DNA of 64,000 bases from Candidatus Methanosuratincola verstraetei (GCA_049570475.1 CP186953.1:1024001-1088000); one strand, 5' to 3'; numbered from the stretch's first letter, positions 40,618 through 51,232 are shown. Made by a program: numbers and translations. The notes: generated by a model from the sequence alone, not told the origin.

Positions 40618-41579
40618 TTTTCGCGCCCTATGTCTGCCACCTTTGCGAGCATCGAGTTTATCTGGATCTCGTCGCTGCCGCCCTGCAGAAGCCTGAACTC
40701 TGCCTCCCCGACAGCCTCGATTATCCTCAGCTTCGCCTTCTCATCAATGTTGAGCCCGAGGACCTCCCTGTGAATCTGCTTGACAACGTCGAGACCTGAG
40801 AGGCCGTATTCCACCATCAGGTCTATCGCCCTCTCGCGCGCGGACTTGAAATCCCCGCCTAGGGCGTCGGCCAGCACCTCCTTTATCTCCTTGGGGCTTA
40901 CCCTCCCTGCGATTCTGTAGATGACGCCCTCGTCCACGACCTCCGAGGTGGCAGCAGCCGCCTGGAGCGTGTTTATGACCTTCCTGAGATCCCCATTGCC
41001 GACGTAGATGAGCGCATCGATCCCCTCTTTGGTGATCTCCACGTTCTCGAGCTTGCAGATGTATGTTATCCTTGCCCTCACGTCCTCAGGCTTGAGCGGA
41101 ACAAACCTGAAGAAAGCGCACCTCGACTGTATTGGTTCAATTATCCTGCTGAAGTAGTTGCAGCATAGTATGAACCTGCAAGTCGCGGTGTACATCTCCA
41201 TGGTCCTCCTCAGTGCCTGCTGCGCGTCCGCCGTGAGGTTGTCGGCCTCGTCTAGGACGAGTATCTTGAAGGGGGCCTCGGCCATCCCTACAGTCCTGGC
41301 AAAGTCCTTGACGGTCGTCCTGATTACGTCGATCCCTCGCTCGTCGCTTGCGTTGAGCTCTAGGTAATTCTTCTTGTAGTCCTTCCCGTACAGGTCGCTA
41401 GCCAGACACATCGCTGCGGTCGTCTTCCCTGTACCAGGCGTCCCTGCAAAGAGGCAGTGGGGCATAGACTTCTCCTTGACAAACCTCTTAAGCCTCTCAA
41501 CGATCTCGGTCTGGTTCACAATGGCGTCTAATGTCCGGGGTCTGTACTTCTCTGTCCACATAATCTCGTGTGCTGACAA
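40614..41579 (-). CDS. rfcS: Replication factor C small subunit
   Basis: WTEKYRP, ELNASDERGID, DEAD and IQSRC; TTG start after GGAGG; no intein. Confidence 0.96.
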   Translation of the reverse strand: MSAHEIMWTEKYRPRTLDAIVNQTEIVERLKRFVKEKSMPHCLFAGTPGTGKTTAAMCLASDLYGKDYKKNYLELNASDERGIDVIRTTVKDFARTVGMAEAPFKILVLDEADNLTADAQQALRRTMEMYTATCRFILCCNYFSRIIEPIQSRCAFFRFVPLKPEDVRARITYICKLENVEITKEGIDALIYVGNGDLRKVINTLQAAAATSEVVDEGVIYRIAGRVSPKEIKEVLADALGGDFKSARERAIDLMVEYGLSGLDVVKQIHREVLGLNIDEKAKLRIIEAVGEAEFRLLQGGSDEIQINSMLAKVADIGREK

Positions 41580-41868
41580 TCGAGTCCCCTCCTGATTCGA
41601 TCTTAAGGAAATGGTATTTAACCTACTCGGAGCCATTTCTTGGAGCCCAATTTCGCCTGCTAGGAAAAGTCCTTGCCCCCTCCCCTGTGGCAGCCCCTGC
41701 AAAAGTGCTCGCGTGGCTTCCGCCCATTTGCAACCCTCCGCTCGGATGGATCAGCAAGCTTTTTCAGAAAATCTGCGATGCCCTGCCATTTCCCGTCTTC
41801 GGGCGATCCGGAATTCTACCAAAATGCTAATATCCAATCGGCTCCCCTCATTCCTCGGCGAATCCAAT

Positions 41869-42591
41869 ATGCGCCTGGCGAGGGAAGTCCCTGTTACCGC
41901 CTTTTACACCTCCTTAGTAACCGTCGCCACCGTCGCCTTCACAATCTATGTGCCTGCGACGAGGGGTTACTTCAACGTCGGAGAGTCTGCGGTGTTCCTT
42001 GCCGCCCTCCTTGGAGGCGCGAGGATAGGCGCCTTCGCAGGGGGGGTTGGATCCATGCTTGCCGACCTCATCCTTGGTTACTACCTGTTTGCCCCGGCTA
42101 CGCTCTTGATCAAGGGTCTTGAGGGCTTCCTCTTGGGCGCTTTGATCTCGAGGCGCCCTGGGCTTCGGGAAAGGGGGTGGCGGCTGCTTTCAGTCGCTGC
42201 CAGTGCCATCGTCTTTACGCTGGTCTTTGCCGTTGGCACCTTGTTCTACTCAGGATCATCGGAGGTTTCAATCGGGCTCCCTTGGATTGGCGCCTATAAC
42301 TTTGTAGTCGAGCTTTCCTACGCATTTTGGGCGATCATAGGGATCGCAATCGCCATTGTAGTCGCTTATGCTTCCTTTTCTGCGCGCCAAGAGGCTGGGT
42401 ACATGACAATTTCTGCCCTGGTCTCGGGATCGGTGATGGTCATAGGCTACTTCCTCTACGAGCAGCTGTTCCTTGGGTACGCCGCGATAGCCGAGGTCCC
42501 CTTTAACATAGGTCAGGTTCTGGTCGGAATCACCATTGCAATTCCCGCTTATGCATCTCTAAAGGTGATCTCGCGCCGATCCAATCATTGA
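41869..42591 (+). CDS. ECF transporter S component
   Basis: PATRGYFNVGE, GGVGSMLAD, TLLIKGLEG and PFNIGQ; multiple TM helices. Confidence 0.88.
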   Translation: MRLAREVPVTAFYTSLVTVATVAFTIYVPATRGYFNVGESAVFLAALLGGARIGAFAGGVGSMLADLILGYYLFAPATLLIKGLEGFLLGALISRRPGLRERGWRLLSVAASAIVFTLVFAVGTLFYSGSSEVSIGLPWIGAYNFVVELSYAFWAIIGIAIAIVVAYASFSARQEAGYMTISALVSGSVMVIGYFLYEQLFLGYAAIAEVPFNIGQVLVGITIAIPAYASLKVISRRSNH

Positions 42592-42701
42592 TCGCCAGGG
42601 GAACTGAGATCCTGGAGCCTGTCCGACCAGGCAGGTGGCAGCTAGCCGAATGAATCCGAAAGGTTAAAACCTTAAAACGCATAGTCTCGTCTGAATAGCT
42701 T

Positions 42702-43265
42702 ATGCCTACAGATCCCTCCGAAAGCATCAGGCACTCTCAGTTCTTCTACGAGGAGGAGCCGATAGGCGTCACTTTCATCAAGGCTTTCCCTGCGACGTCA
42801 GTCGGCGGCTTTGAACTGGGCGCCATCGAGGAGGGAAGGGAGGAGCGGCTGCCTATCTGGATCGCTAGGGTGCTCGAGGCGGAGGGCTTTGTCAAGATTT
42901 CAGGAGAGGAATCCCAGGCTCTGAAGTCAACAGATCTCTACAAGCTCTGCTGGAAGGAGGAGCGCAACGAGGGTCTCTCGAAGCTCCCGAGCCACTTCTA
43001 CCCTCGCCTAAGGCGCCTGCTGGCTACGCTCAATGAGGCAATAAAGAACAACCCCACTCACACGCTCCTGAGCGAGCACCGGCAGTCTTTCATGAAGGCG
43101 CAGGACTTGGTGAACTGCAGGCTGCAGAAGATCCTCCAACTGGCAAGGGAGAGGAACCCGCTCAGGCCGTCCCTCGATATGCTTGAGCCGGAGGAGCTTG
43201 CCCTGTTCAATTCTATCAGGGAAGCGATAGACGAGTGGCGCAAGAAGATTGTCTCCCCGGAGTGA
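42702..43265 (+). CDS. GINS subunit (Gins23 type)
   Basis: LPIWIA..L B-domain then helical A-domain (LP.HFY, RLQKI, L.PEE); immediately upstream of mcm. Confidence 0.85.
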   Translation: MPTDPSESIRHSQFFYEEEPIGVTFIKAFPATSVGGFELGAIEEGREERLPIWIARVLEAEGFVKISGEESQALKSTDLYKLCWKEERNEGLSKLPSHFYPRLRRLLATLNEAIKNNPTHTLLSEHRQSFMKAQDLVNCRLQKILQLARERNPLRPSLDMLEPEELALFNSIREAIDEWRKKIVSPE

Positions 43266-43270
43266 TTGTT

Positions 43271-45340
43271 ATGACCGAAACTGTTGAGATTGTCGATTAC
43301 CGTGAACGCTTCGTCAGTTTCCTCAAGGAGTTCCAGGATAGCAAGGGAGCATTCAAGTACAGGGACGCGATGTCCAGCATGGCATCACAGGGGAAGACTT
43401 CCCTTGTGGTGGATTTCGAGGACGTAATATCCTTCGATCCAGACCTCGCGAAGGACATCAAGGAGAGGCCCCTCGAGCTGTTGCCAAAGATAAATGCCGC
43501 GATCTACGATGCAATGCGCGCGGAGAACATGCAGTACGCAGCGAAGATCAAGAACTTCAAGGCCAGGTTCAGGAAGCTCGACGAGGTCGTACCGCTCAGG
43601 TCACTGAAGTCGGCGCACATGGGAAAGCTGATCATGGTGGAAGGGATAATCACAAGGGCATCCGCGGTGAAGCAGCTTCTGAAGACTGCGGTCTACCAGT
43701 GCCCGCGCTGCGGTGAGAAGATAGTCCTGGAGCAGACGGGAAACATATTGATGCCTCCATCCCAGTGCACGAACCAGGACTGCGCAAGGAAGGGTTATTT
43801 CAGGCTCCTCCCCGAGGAGTCCGTATTCGTTGACTGGCAGCTCATATCGGTCCAGGAGAAGCCAGAGGAGCTGCCCCCTGGCCAGCTCCCACGCTCCGTC
43901 GAGGGCATCCTCCAGGGCGACATAGTCGACACCTCCCGGCCGGGCGACAGGGTCTCGCTCGTAGGCATCCTGCAGGCTAAGCAGGAGTTCACCTCGAGAG
44001 GCTTCAGGCTTGCTACATTCTCTTCCGGGATCGAGGCCAACCACCTCGAGATCTCAGAGAGGGGGACCGAGGAAGTCGCGATCACCCCCGAGGACGAAAA
44101 GGCGATAAAGAAGCTCGCCTCGGACCCCAACCTGTACGACAAGCTGATCGGATCGATCGCCCCGTCGATCTACGCCTACGATGAGATAAAGGAGGCTGTG
44201 GCATACCAGCTCGCCGGAGGCGTCACCAAGACGATGCCAGACGGGATCAAGATAAGGGGCGACATCAACATACTTCTGGTCGGAGACCCAGGCACCGCAA
44301 AGTCCCAGCTCCTCCAGTATGTCTCGAGGATAGCCCCCCGCGGCGTATACACGTCGGGGAAGGGATCGACTGCCGCGGGCCTCACGGCCACTGTGATCCG
44401 AGACAAGAACACAGGGGAGTTCTTCCTCGAGGCGGGGGCTCTCGTCATCGCCGACAAGGGGATAGCCTGCATCGACGAGATCGACAAGATGCGCCCGGAA
44501 GACAGATCGGCGATACACGAGGCTATGGAACAGCAGACCATCAGCATAGCCAAAGCCGGCATAGTCGTCCAGCTCAACGCCAGGAGCAGCATCCTAGCGG
44601 CAGCCAACCCGAGCTTCGGCAGGTACGTCCCGCAGAAGACGATCTCGGAGAACATCAACGACCTGCCAGTCACAATCCTCTCAAGGTTCGACCTCATATT
44701 CACGCTGCTAGACCGCCCCGACGAACTCAAGGACAGGAAGATGACCGAGCACATACTCAATCTGCACCGCGGGATCCGCGTGACCAAGGAGTCCCCAATA
44801 GACCCAGAGCTCCTTAAGAAGTACATATACTACGTGAGGAAGCACGGATCGCCGAAGATAGGCGAGGAGGCCAGCAAGGCGATAGAGGACTTCTTCCTTG
44901 AGATGAGGGCGATGGGACAAGGCGCAGACTCCCCCGTCCCTATCACGATGAGGCAGCTCGAGGCTGTGATAAGGCTCTCAGAGGCCAGGGCAAAGCTGGC
45001 CCTCAAGAAGGAGGTCTCGAAGGAGGACGTGCAGGCAGTTATCAGGCTGCTCAAGACCTTCCTGAAGCAAGTTGGGATAGACTCATCAACGGGGAAGATC
45101 GACATCGACACCATTATGGTTGGGCACCCCAAGTCGCAGGGTGACAAGATGGCGCAGCTCTTCGACATTTTCAGGGAGATGGAAAAAGAGAACGAGGGCA
45201 GGCCCGTCCGGAAGGAGGCATTGATCGAGCGAGCCGGGCTGGAAGGGCTGGACAGGAAATTCGTCGAGAGGGCTGTCATTGAATGGATAAACCAGGGGGT
45301 CATCTACGAGCCCAAACACGGTGAACTGAAGAAGGCTTGA
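43271..45340 (+). CDS. mcm: MCM replicative helicase
   Basis: Zn finger, GDPGTAKSQ, IDEIDKM and SRFDL; no intein. Confidence 0.97.
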   Translation: MTETVEIVDYRERFVSFLKEFQDSKGAFKYRDAMSSMASQGKTSLVVDFEDVISFDPDLAKDIKERPLELLPKINAAIYDAMRAENMQYAAKIKNFKARFRKLDEVVPLRSLKSAHMGKLIMVEGIITRASAVKQLLKTAVYQCPRCGEKIVLEQTGNILMPPSQCTNQDCARKGYFRLLPEESVFVDWQLISVQEKPEELPPGQLPRSVEGILQGDIVDTSRPGDRVSLVGILQAKQEFTSRGFRLATFSSGIEANHLEISERGTEEVAITPEDEKAIKKLASDPNLYDKLIGSIAPSIYAYDEIKEAVAYQLAGGVTKTMPDGIKIRGDINILLVGDPGTAKSQLLQYVSRIAPRGVYTSGKGSTAAGLTATVIRDKNTGEFFLEAGALVIADKGIACIDEIDKMRPEDRSAIHEAMEQQTISIAKAGIVVQLNARSSILAAANPSFGRYVPQKTISENINDLPVTILSRFDLIFTLLDRPDELKDRKMTEHILNLHRGIRVTKESPIDPELLKKYIYYVRKHGSPKIGEEASKAIEDFFLEMRAMGQGADSPVPITMRQLEAVIRLSEARAKLALKKEVSKEDVQAVIRLLKTFLKQVGIDSSTGKIDIDTIMVGHPKSQGDKMAQLFDIFREMEKENEGRPVRKEALIERAGLEGLDRKFVERAVIEWINQGVIYEPKHGELKKA

Positions 45341-45353
45341 AGGGTGAGCCAGT

Positions 45354-47570
45354 ATTAGGGTAGAGGAGCTCGAAATCGACGAGAGGGCTAAGAAGTTATA
45401 CGAAGAGTGCGGGATAACCGAACTCTACCCGCCCCAGGAGCTCGCGCTGAAGTCCGGCCTCCTGGAAGGGAAAAACCTGGTCCTTGCCGTCCCGACCGCC
45501 TCAGGAAAGACGCTTGTCGCAGAGATCTGCGCGATAAAGCACATTCTCGAGCGGAATGGAAAAGTCCTCTACCTCGTCCCTCTGAGGGCTCTCGCTTCAG
45601 AGAAGCTCGATGAGTTCAAGCGCCTTGCCAAGATAGGCATAAAGGTTGTGATGAGCAGCGGCGACTACGACTCGCTCGACCCAGAGCTTGGCAAGTACGA
45701 CCTCATAATCGCCACCAACGAAAAGGCGGACTCCCTCTTCCGCCACAGCCCGCCCTGGGTCGACCGCCTCTCGCTTGTGGTGGCTGACGAGATCCACCTC
45801 CTCGGGGAGCCATCGAGAGGTCCGACCTTGGAGTCGATCCTCACCAGGATGAAGTACCTCAAGATGGATGTCCAGGTGCTGGGGCTGAGCGCCACCATAA
45901 GCAATGCAGAGGAGCTTGCTGGCTGGCTTGGCGCATGCCTGGTCACAAGCGATTGGCGCCCAGTGCCCTTGAAAGAGGGCGTCTTCTGTCGGGGGAGCGT
46001 CACCTTCCTGGACGGGGAGGTGAGGCAGGTGCCCAAGTCTGGGGGCGGGGACCCTGTTGCGGACATGGCTGTCGACGTGATAAAATCCGGCGGTCAGATG
46101 CTGATCTTCACAGGCAGCCGAAACTCGGCAGTATCGCTCGCAAGGAGGCTCGAGGGGCCGGTCCAGGGGGAGCTCAAGTCATCGGAGAAGTCCCGGCTGA
46201 AGGCGCTTTCGGAGAGGATCCTCTCGCTCGGAGAGCGGACGAAGCTCACCGAAAAGCTCGCAAAGTCTGTGTCCTGCGGCGTGGCATTCCACCATGCCGG
46301 CCTCACTTACCCGCAGAGGAAGGCGATAGAGGACTCATTCCGTTCGGCGCTTATCAAGTGCATCTGCGCCACACCAACGCTCGCGGCTGGGGTTAACACC
46401 CCTGCGCGGCGCGTCCTCATTTACGAGTATAGGCGGTACGAGCCCGGGGTTGGTAGGGTTAACATACCCGTGCTGGAGTACAAGCAGATGGCAGGCAGGG
46501 CAGGACGCCCGAGATACGACAAGCTCGGCGAGGCGATCGTCTTCTCAAGGTCCGAGGAGGAGAGGGACTTCCTGTTCGAGCAGTACCTTCTTGCCAAGCC
46601 CGAGAAGGTCTGGTCCAAGCTTGGCGTTGCCCCCTCGCTCAGGTCGCAGGTGCTTGCAGCCGTGGCGATGGGTCTCGCTAGATCGAGGGGCAGCATAATT
46701 GATTTCTTCGGCGAGTCCTTCTGCGCCTACCAATATGGGATAGATTCCTTCAAGAGCTCGATCCTCGAGTCGGTCTCCTTCCTGATCAATGCTGGTATGA
46801 TCAAGGAGGGAAAGGAGGTCGAGTCCCTCGAGGCCACTGCACTCGGCAAGAGGGTGGCAGAGCTTTACATCGACCCTAAGTCGGCGGAGATCATCCTGCG
46901 TGCACTTGCCCTGAGGAGATCCGGCCTGCCTGCCATGAGCTACCTCGCATTGGCATGCCACACTCCGGACATGCCGAAGCTTTATGTCAGGGGAAAGGAG
47001 GTCGAGTCCCTCGAGTCCTATCTGGAGTCCAACTCCGATCTCTTGCTCTTCGAGGTGCCGGAGGAAGAGTTTGAGCGCGAGATGATCCTGTCAGAGCTCA
47101 AGACTGCGCTCCTCCTTAAGGAGTGGATTGATGAGGCGCCCGAGGAGGCGATTGTTGAGCACTTCGACATCGGGTCAGGGGACATTTACGCCTACGTGGA
47201 GTCAGCCAAGTGGATCCTAAACGCTGCGCACGAGCTCGCAAGGCTAATGGGATACCGGGAGTCGGCGGAACCCATCAGGAGGCTCCTCGTGAGGGTGGAG
47301 AACGGCATCAGGGAGGAGCTCCTGCCGCTAATTTCGCTTAGGGGAATCGGGAGGGTGAGGGCAAGGGCGATCTACTCCGCAGGATACAGGAGCATTGAGG
47401 ACCTGAAGCGCGCCTCTGTCTCTGATCTGAGGAGGATCCCCCAGATAGGGCCAGAGACGGTGAAGTCGATACTGGAGCAGGTGGGCGGGACCGTTACCAA
47501 GGAGGAATGGTCCTCCGTCGCATCAAGGAAAGGCACCAGGCAGCTCTCCATCGACGACTACGGCACATGA
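45354..47570 (+). CDS. hel308: Hel308/Hjm Ski2-like helicase, probable ATT start
   Basis: The frame is open upstream of the tracked ORF and holds LYPPQ, PTASGKT and PLRALA; then DEIH, LSAT, FHHAGL, QMAGRAGRP and HhH. Confidence 0.93.
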   Translation: MRVEELEIDERAKKLYEECGITELYPPQELALKSGLLEGKNLVLAVPTASGKTLVAEICAIKHILERNGKVLYLVPLRALASEKLDEFKRLAKIGIKVVMSSGDYDSLDPELGKYDLIIATNEKADSLFRHSPPWVDRLSLVVADEIHLLGEPSRGPTLESILTRMKYLKMDVQVLGLSATISNAEELAGWLGACLVTSDWRPVPLKEGVFCRGSVTFLDGEVRQVPKSGGGDPVADMAVDVIKSGGQMLIFTGSRNSAVSLARRLEGPVQGELKSSEKSRLKALSERILSLGERTKLTEKLAKSVSCGVAFHHAGLTYPQRKAIEDSFRSALIKCICATPTLAAGVNTPARRVLIYEYRRYEPGVGRVNIPVLEYKQMAGRAGRPRYDKLGEAIVFSRSEEERDFLFEQYLLAKPEKVWSKLGVAPSLRSQVLAAVAMGLARSRGSIIDFFGESFCAYQYGIDSFKSSILESVSFLINAGMIKEGKEVESLEATALGKRVAELYIDPKSAEIILRALALRRSGLPAMSYLALACHTPDMPKLYVRGKEVESLESYLESNSDLLLFEVPEEEFEREMILSELKTALLLKEWIDEAPEEAIVEHFDIGSGDIYAYVESAKWILNAAHELARLMGYRESAEPIRRLLVRVENGIREELLPLISLRGIGRVRARAIYSAGYRSIEDLKRASVSDLRRIPQIGPETVKSILEQVGGTVTKEEWSSVASRKGTRQLSIDDYGT
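46808..47015 (+). repeat. Exact 25-nt direct repeat within hel308 (46808-46832 and 46991-47015)
   Basis: GGGAAAGGAGGTCGAGTCCCTCGAG twice, in frame (GKEVESLE). Confidence 0.85.
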
Positions 47571-47618
47571 TGATCAAAAATATTACCTCCATCGCTCAAC
47601 TATCTCGATCAGGCTGGG

Positions 47619-48815
47619 ATGTTGTTGAGGCTCTTCAATACCGCGACTGACGATGAAATAAAATCAGGGCTCACCTCTGACATCTACTACCTCAGGACAA
47701 AGTCCATAATCGAGGCCAAGTGCATCGATAAGGATGTCGTCGCAGAGGTCACCGTGGGCTCCCTCCCTGAGGGCTGGAAGTGGGGCGTCTTCTGCGGGCT
47801 AGACGAGGTGATCAACCTTTACAGCGGCCTTCCCGTTGACGTTTATTCCTTGCCTGAAGGGACGATTTTCCCTTCCAGGGACATCAGGGGCTACCGTGTG
47901 CCACAGATGGCCATCGTCGGAAAGTACGGGTCCTTCGTCTCAGTGGAGACTGCGACAGTCGGGCTAATATGCCAGGCCTCGGGTGTGGCGACCGCCGCGG
48001 CAAGGGTGAAGAAGGCTGCGGCTGGAAAGACAGTCTTTGCCTTCGGCATCAGGAGGATGCACCCTGCAATCGCCCCGATGCTCGACAGGTCTGCTTACAT
48101 CGGAGGGTTCGACGGCGTCTCTGGCATGTTGGGGGCAAGGCTGATCGGTATACCGCCTTCCGGGACCATGCCCCACCCGCTCATCTTGATGTTCGGGAAG
48201 CAGGAAGCAGCCTGGGGCGCCTTCGATGAGGTGATCGACCCTTCGGTCCCGAGGATAGCACTCGTCGACACCATGTGCGACGAGAAGTTTGAGGCGATCA
48301 GGGCTGCAGAGCTGCTTGGAGAACGGCTCGACGGCGTCCGTCTCGACACGCCTGGCTCGAGGAGAGGCGACTTCCTTGAGATAGTCAAGGAGGTTCGCTG
48401 GGAGCTTGACCTCCGCGGATACAGGCATGTCAAGATCTATGTGTCGGGGGGCCTGAACGAGTCCTCGGTATCAAAACTTGCTGCGGGCCCTGTGGACGGC
48501 TTTGGGGTCGGAACATCTGTTTCGAACGCGCCGACCATTGACTTCTCCCTCGACTTGGTCGAGGTGGAGGGCAAGCCCGTCTCAAAGAGGGGCAAATACG
48601 GAGGGCGCAAGCAGGCTTGGAGGTGCCCCCAGTGCCACAAATGGGTCGTAACCCCCTGGGGCGCGCTTGGCGGGAACTGCCCGTCTTGCGGCGCGCCGCT
48701 CGAGCCCATGCTGCGGAAGGTTGTGGAGAGGGGTGACCCGGTCGCTGGGAGGGATCTCCCAAGCACCATAAGGGAAAGGGTACTTAGGGAGCTTGAGTTC
48801 CATACTTTGGAGTGA
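47619..48815 (+). CDS. pncB: Nicotinate phosphoribosyltransferase
   Basis: SDIYY, FGIRR, GTMPH, VRLDT, SGGL and GVGT; C-terminal Zn ribbon. Confidence 0.93.
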   Translation: MLLRLFNTATDDEIKSGLTSDIYYLRTKSIIEAKCIDKDVVAEVTVGSLPEGWKWGVFCGLDEVINLYSGLPVDVYSLPEGTIFPSRDIRGYRVPQMAIVGKYGSFVSVETATVGLICQASGVATAAARVKKAAAGKTVFAFGIRRMHPAIAPMLDRSAYIGGFDGVSGMLGARLIGIPPSGTMPHPLILMFGKQEAAWGAFDEVIDPSVPRIALVDTMCDEKFEAIRAAELLGERLDGVRLDTPGSRRGDFLEIVKEVRWELDLRGYRHVKIYVSGGLNESSVSKLAAGPVDGFGVGTSVSNAPTIDFSLDLVEVEGKPVSKRGKYGGRKQAWRCPQCHKWVVTPWGALGGNCPSCGAPLEPMLRKVVERGDPVAGRDLPSTIRERVLRELEFHTLE

Positions 48816-48821
48816 AGAGCT

Positions 48822-50093
48822 ATGGATCCATACCTTGTGAAGGAGATACGATCTCGGGAGATACTAGATTCGAGAGGAAACCCGACAGTCGAGACGGACG
48901 TGCTCACAGAGGGGGGCTTCGGGAGGGCGTCGGTCCCTTCAGGCGCCTCCACTGGGAAGCACGAGGCGGTGGAATTGAGGGACGGGGGGAAACGGTTCCA
49001 CGGCAAGGGAGTGATCAATGCCTGCAACAATGTGGTCAAAGTCATTGCCCCGGAAATCATCGGCATGGACTGCAGGTCCCAGAGCGAGATCGATCGCAGG
49101 ATGATTGCCCTTGACGGGACTGAAAACAAATCCCGTTTGGGCGCAAATGCGATCCTTAGCGTCTCGCTCGCGGTCGCGCGCGCAGCCGCCAACACATCGG
49201 GCGTTCCGCTCTACAAGCACTTGAACCCAAAGTCCGTGATGCTCCCTGTGCCGATGATGAACATAATCAACGGCGGGAAACACGCCGGCAATGAGCTGGC
49301 AGTCCAGGAGTTCATGGTGGTGCCTGTCGGGGCAGGCTCGTTCAGGGATGCAGTTCGGATATGCTCTGAAGTCTATGCGTCGCTCAAGAGGATCCTCCGG
49401 GAAAGCTACGGCCCATCCGCAGTGAACGTGGGTGACGAGGGCGGTTTCGCCCCGCCGATTTCACGCTCGGAGGAGGCACTGGGTGCGATTGTGTCAGCGA
49501 TCAGATCTTCTGGCTACGACGAGGGTACTGTTATGCTTGCCATAGACTCGGCCGCCTCCAACTTCTTCAAGGATGGGGTCTATGAAATAGACGGCAGGCG
49601 GCTGGATCGGGAGGGCATGATCGACTACTACTCTGCGCTCTTGGATTCCTACCCAATCGTATCGCTCGAGGATCCGCTCGAGGAGGAGGACTTTGAAGGT
49701 CTAGCTGAGCTGACACGGAGGATCGGGAGGCGCGTCCAGGTCGTTGGTGATGACATATTTGTGACCAACATCAAGAGGTTCAGCCGCGGCGTCTCTGTGG
49801 GGGCTGCAAACTCGATCCTCCTGAAGGTGAACCAGATCGGTACCCTCTCAGAGGCAATCGAAGTCGCAGCCTTTGCGGCGAAGAACGGCTACTCGGTGGT
49901 GGTCAGCCACAGGTCAGGCGAGACCGAGGACAACTACATCGCTGACATAACCGTTGCGCTCGGGACCGGGCAGATAAAGACAGGGGCTCCAGCCCGCGGG
50001 GAAAGGACTTCAAAATACAACCAGCTCATGAGGATAGAGGAGGAGATCGGGGCCGCAGCGGTCTACCCAGGGATCTCTGCGTTCAAGAGATGA
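48822..50093 (+). CDS. eno: Enolase
   Basis: DSRGNPTVE, PSGASTG, GDEGG and SHRSGETED. Confidence 0.98.
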   Translation: MDPYLVKEIRSREILDSRGNPTVETDVLTEGGFGRASVPSGASTGKHEAVELRDGGKRFHGKGVINACNNVVKVIAPEIIGMDCRSQSEIDRRMIALDGTENKSRLGANAILSVSLAVARAAANTSGVPLYKHLNPKSVMLPVPMMNIINGGKHAGNELAVQEFMVVPVGAGSFRDAVRICSEVYASLKRILRESYGPSAVNVGDEGGFAPPISRSEEALGAIVSAIRSSGYDEGTVMLAIDSAASNFFKDGVYEIDGRRLDREGMIDYYSALLDSYPIVSLEDPLEEEDFEGLAELTRRIGRRVQVVGDDIFVTNIKRFSRGVSVGAANSILLKVNQIGTLSEAIEVAAFAAKNGYSVVVSHRSGETEDNYIADITVALGTGQIKTGAPARGERTSKYNQLMRIEEEIGAAAVYPGISAFKR

Positions 50094-50233
50094 CCTCCTT
50101 TTTTCGATTATGCTTTGGATGCCATTAAGGCAGATCCGAAAGATAGAGCTGTTCCAGACGCGTTAGCCGGCAGTTGTAAGGATCGGAAGGCAGCGCCGGC
50201 AAGAAATATAACCATTAGCGGCTAAAATAGCAT

Positions 50234-51232
50234 ATGGGATTAAGGAAATTTCTTTTACCATTGTTTCTAATGATCGCTCTGGCGGTCCCCCCTGCGGCTG
50301 CACACTCTCCGATAATCGCAGGAGGAAACGACAGCCTGGATCGGGCCATCTCGATAGACGACCCGGCTAAGTCATGGGCAATTTTCTCGCGTATCCCTGG
50401 CGGCTGGACAGCCCAATTCTACAAGTTCGATATGAATGAAGGCGAGCGCATTTACTCTGTGCTCCAGATCTCGCCGGAGGCAAAGGAGTCGGGTTTCTCC
50501 CCACTCATCGCAATAATTGGTCCAGGGATGCCTGACCCCCCTGAGGGCCTGCCTTTCCAGGTCCCGGAGGGATCTGGCGTCCTCGTGATCGAAGGGGTCC
50601 CTGCAGACTCTGCTTCATACGAGGGTTTCACCCCTACTGTATTCTTCAGGGTCGCTTCTTACTCTTCTCCAGCCCCTGCTACGGGCACATATTACTTGGC
50701 CGTCTTTTCCGGGATCCCTGGATCGTACAGCTTGGCGATTGGGTACAAGGAGGAGTTCACGCCATACGAATGGGTAATGATACCGATCAATCAGATCTTG
50801 ATATACCTGTGGTCTGGCCAGTCTCCGCTTGCCGTCCTTGCCCCGATGGCTCTTGTAGTAATGATTGGGGTGCTTTTCCTTCTGTGGAAGTGGTGTCTCA
50901 CTGGGCCTATCTGCCTCCCAAAGGCATTGACAGCTGTGGCTTCGCTCTTCTACATCGGGACGGGGGCGATCATATTGAATCAGATTGCGTATGCATCAAA
51001 ATGGGTGGAACTCGGACCTGAAGTTGGGATTACCTTGGTCTTCGCTGCGCTGCCAGTAATGCTGGGAATAGCCGCACTTCGGAAGGCGCAAAACTGGAGC
51101 CCGTCCACCAGATCCAGGCTGTCCATATTCGCACTCGGGGCACTGGGACTACTGCTTTGGGCCGGAGCCTTGGTCGGGCCCTCAATCATGATGATCGCCT
51201 CGATTCTGCCTGGGAGATCCTCAAACCGATGA
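50234..51232 (+). CDS. Hypothetical membrane protein (signal peptide, extracellular beta domain, several C-terminal TMs)
   Basis: Long ORF with signal peptide (AAA/HS) and a hydrophobic C-terminus. Confidence 0.75.
   Translation: MGLRKFLLPLFLMIALAVPPAAAHSPIIAGGNDSLDRAISIDDPAKSWAIFSRIPGGWTAQFYKFDMNEGERIYSVLQISPEAKESGFSPLIAIIGPGMPDPPEGLPFQVPEGSGVLVIEGVPADSASYEGFTPTVFFRVASYSSPAPATGTYYLAVFSGIPGSYSLAIGYKEEFTPYEWVMIPINQILIYLWSGQSPLAVLAPMALVVMIGVLFLLWKWCLTGPICLPKALTAVASLFYIGTGAIILNQIAYASKWVELGPEVGITLVFAALPVMLGIAALRKAQNWSPSTRSRLSIFALGALGLLLWAGALVGPSIMMIASILPGRSSNR

Noticed and set aside
41611-41868. N-terminal extensions of the ECF S component and rfcS given in the ORF track
   Set aside because: They cross the divergent promoter region and lack family similarity; downstream starts fit better.
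43601-45319. Long antisense and alternate-frame ORFs here and throughout the track
   Set aside because: Shadow ORFs expected from GC-rich codon bias opposite well-supported genes; they carry no motifs.
45341-45647. hel308 as a frameshifted pseudogene
   Set aside because: The upstream motifs are in the same frame with no stop; only a canonical start codon is missing.
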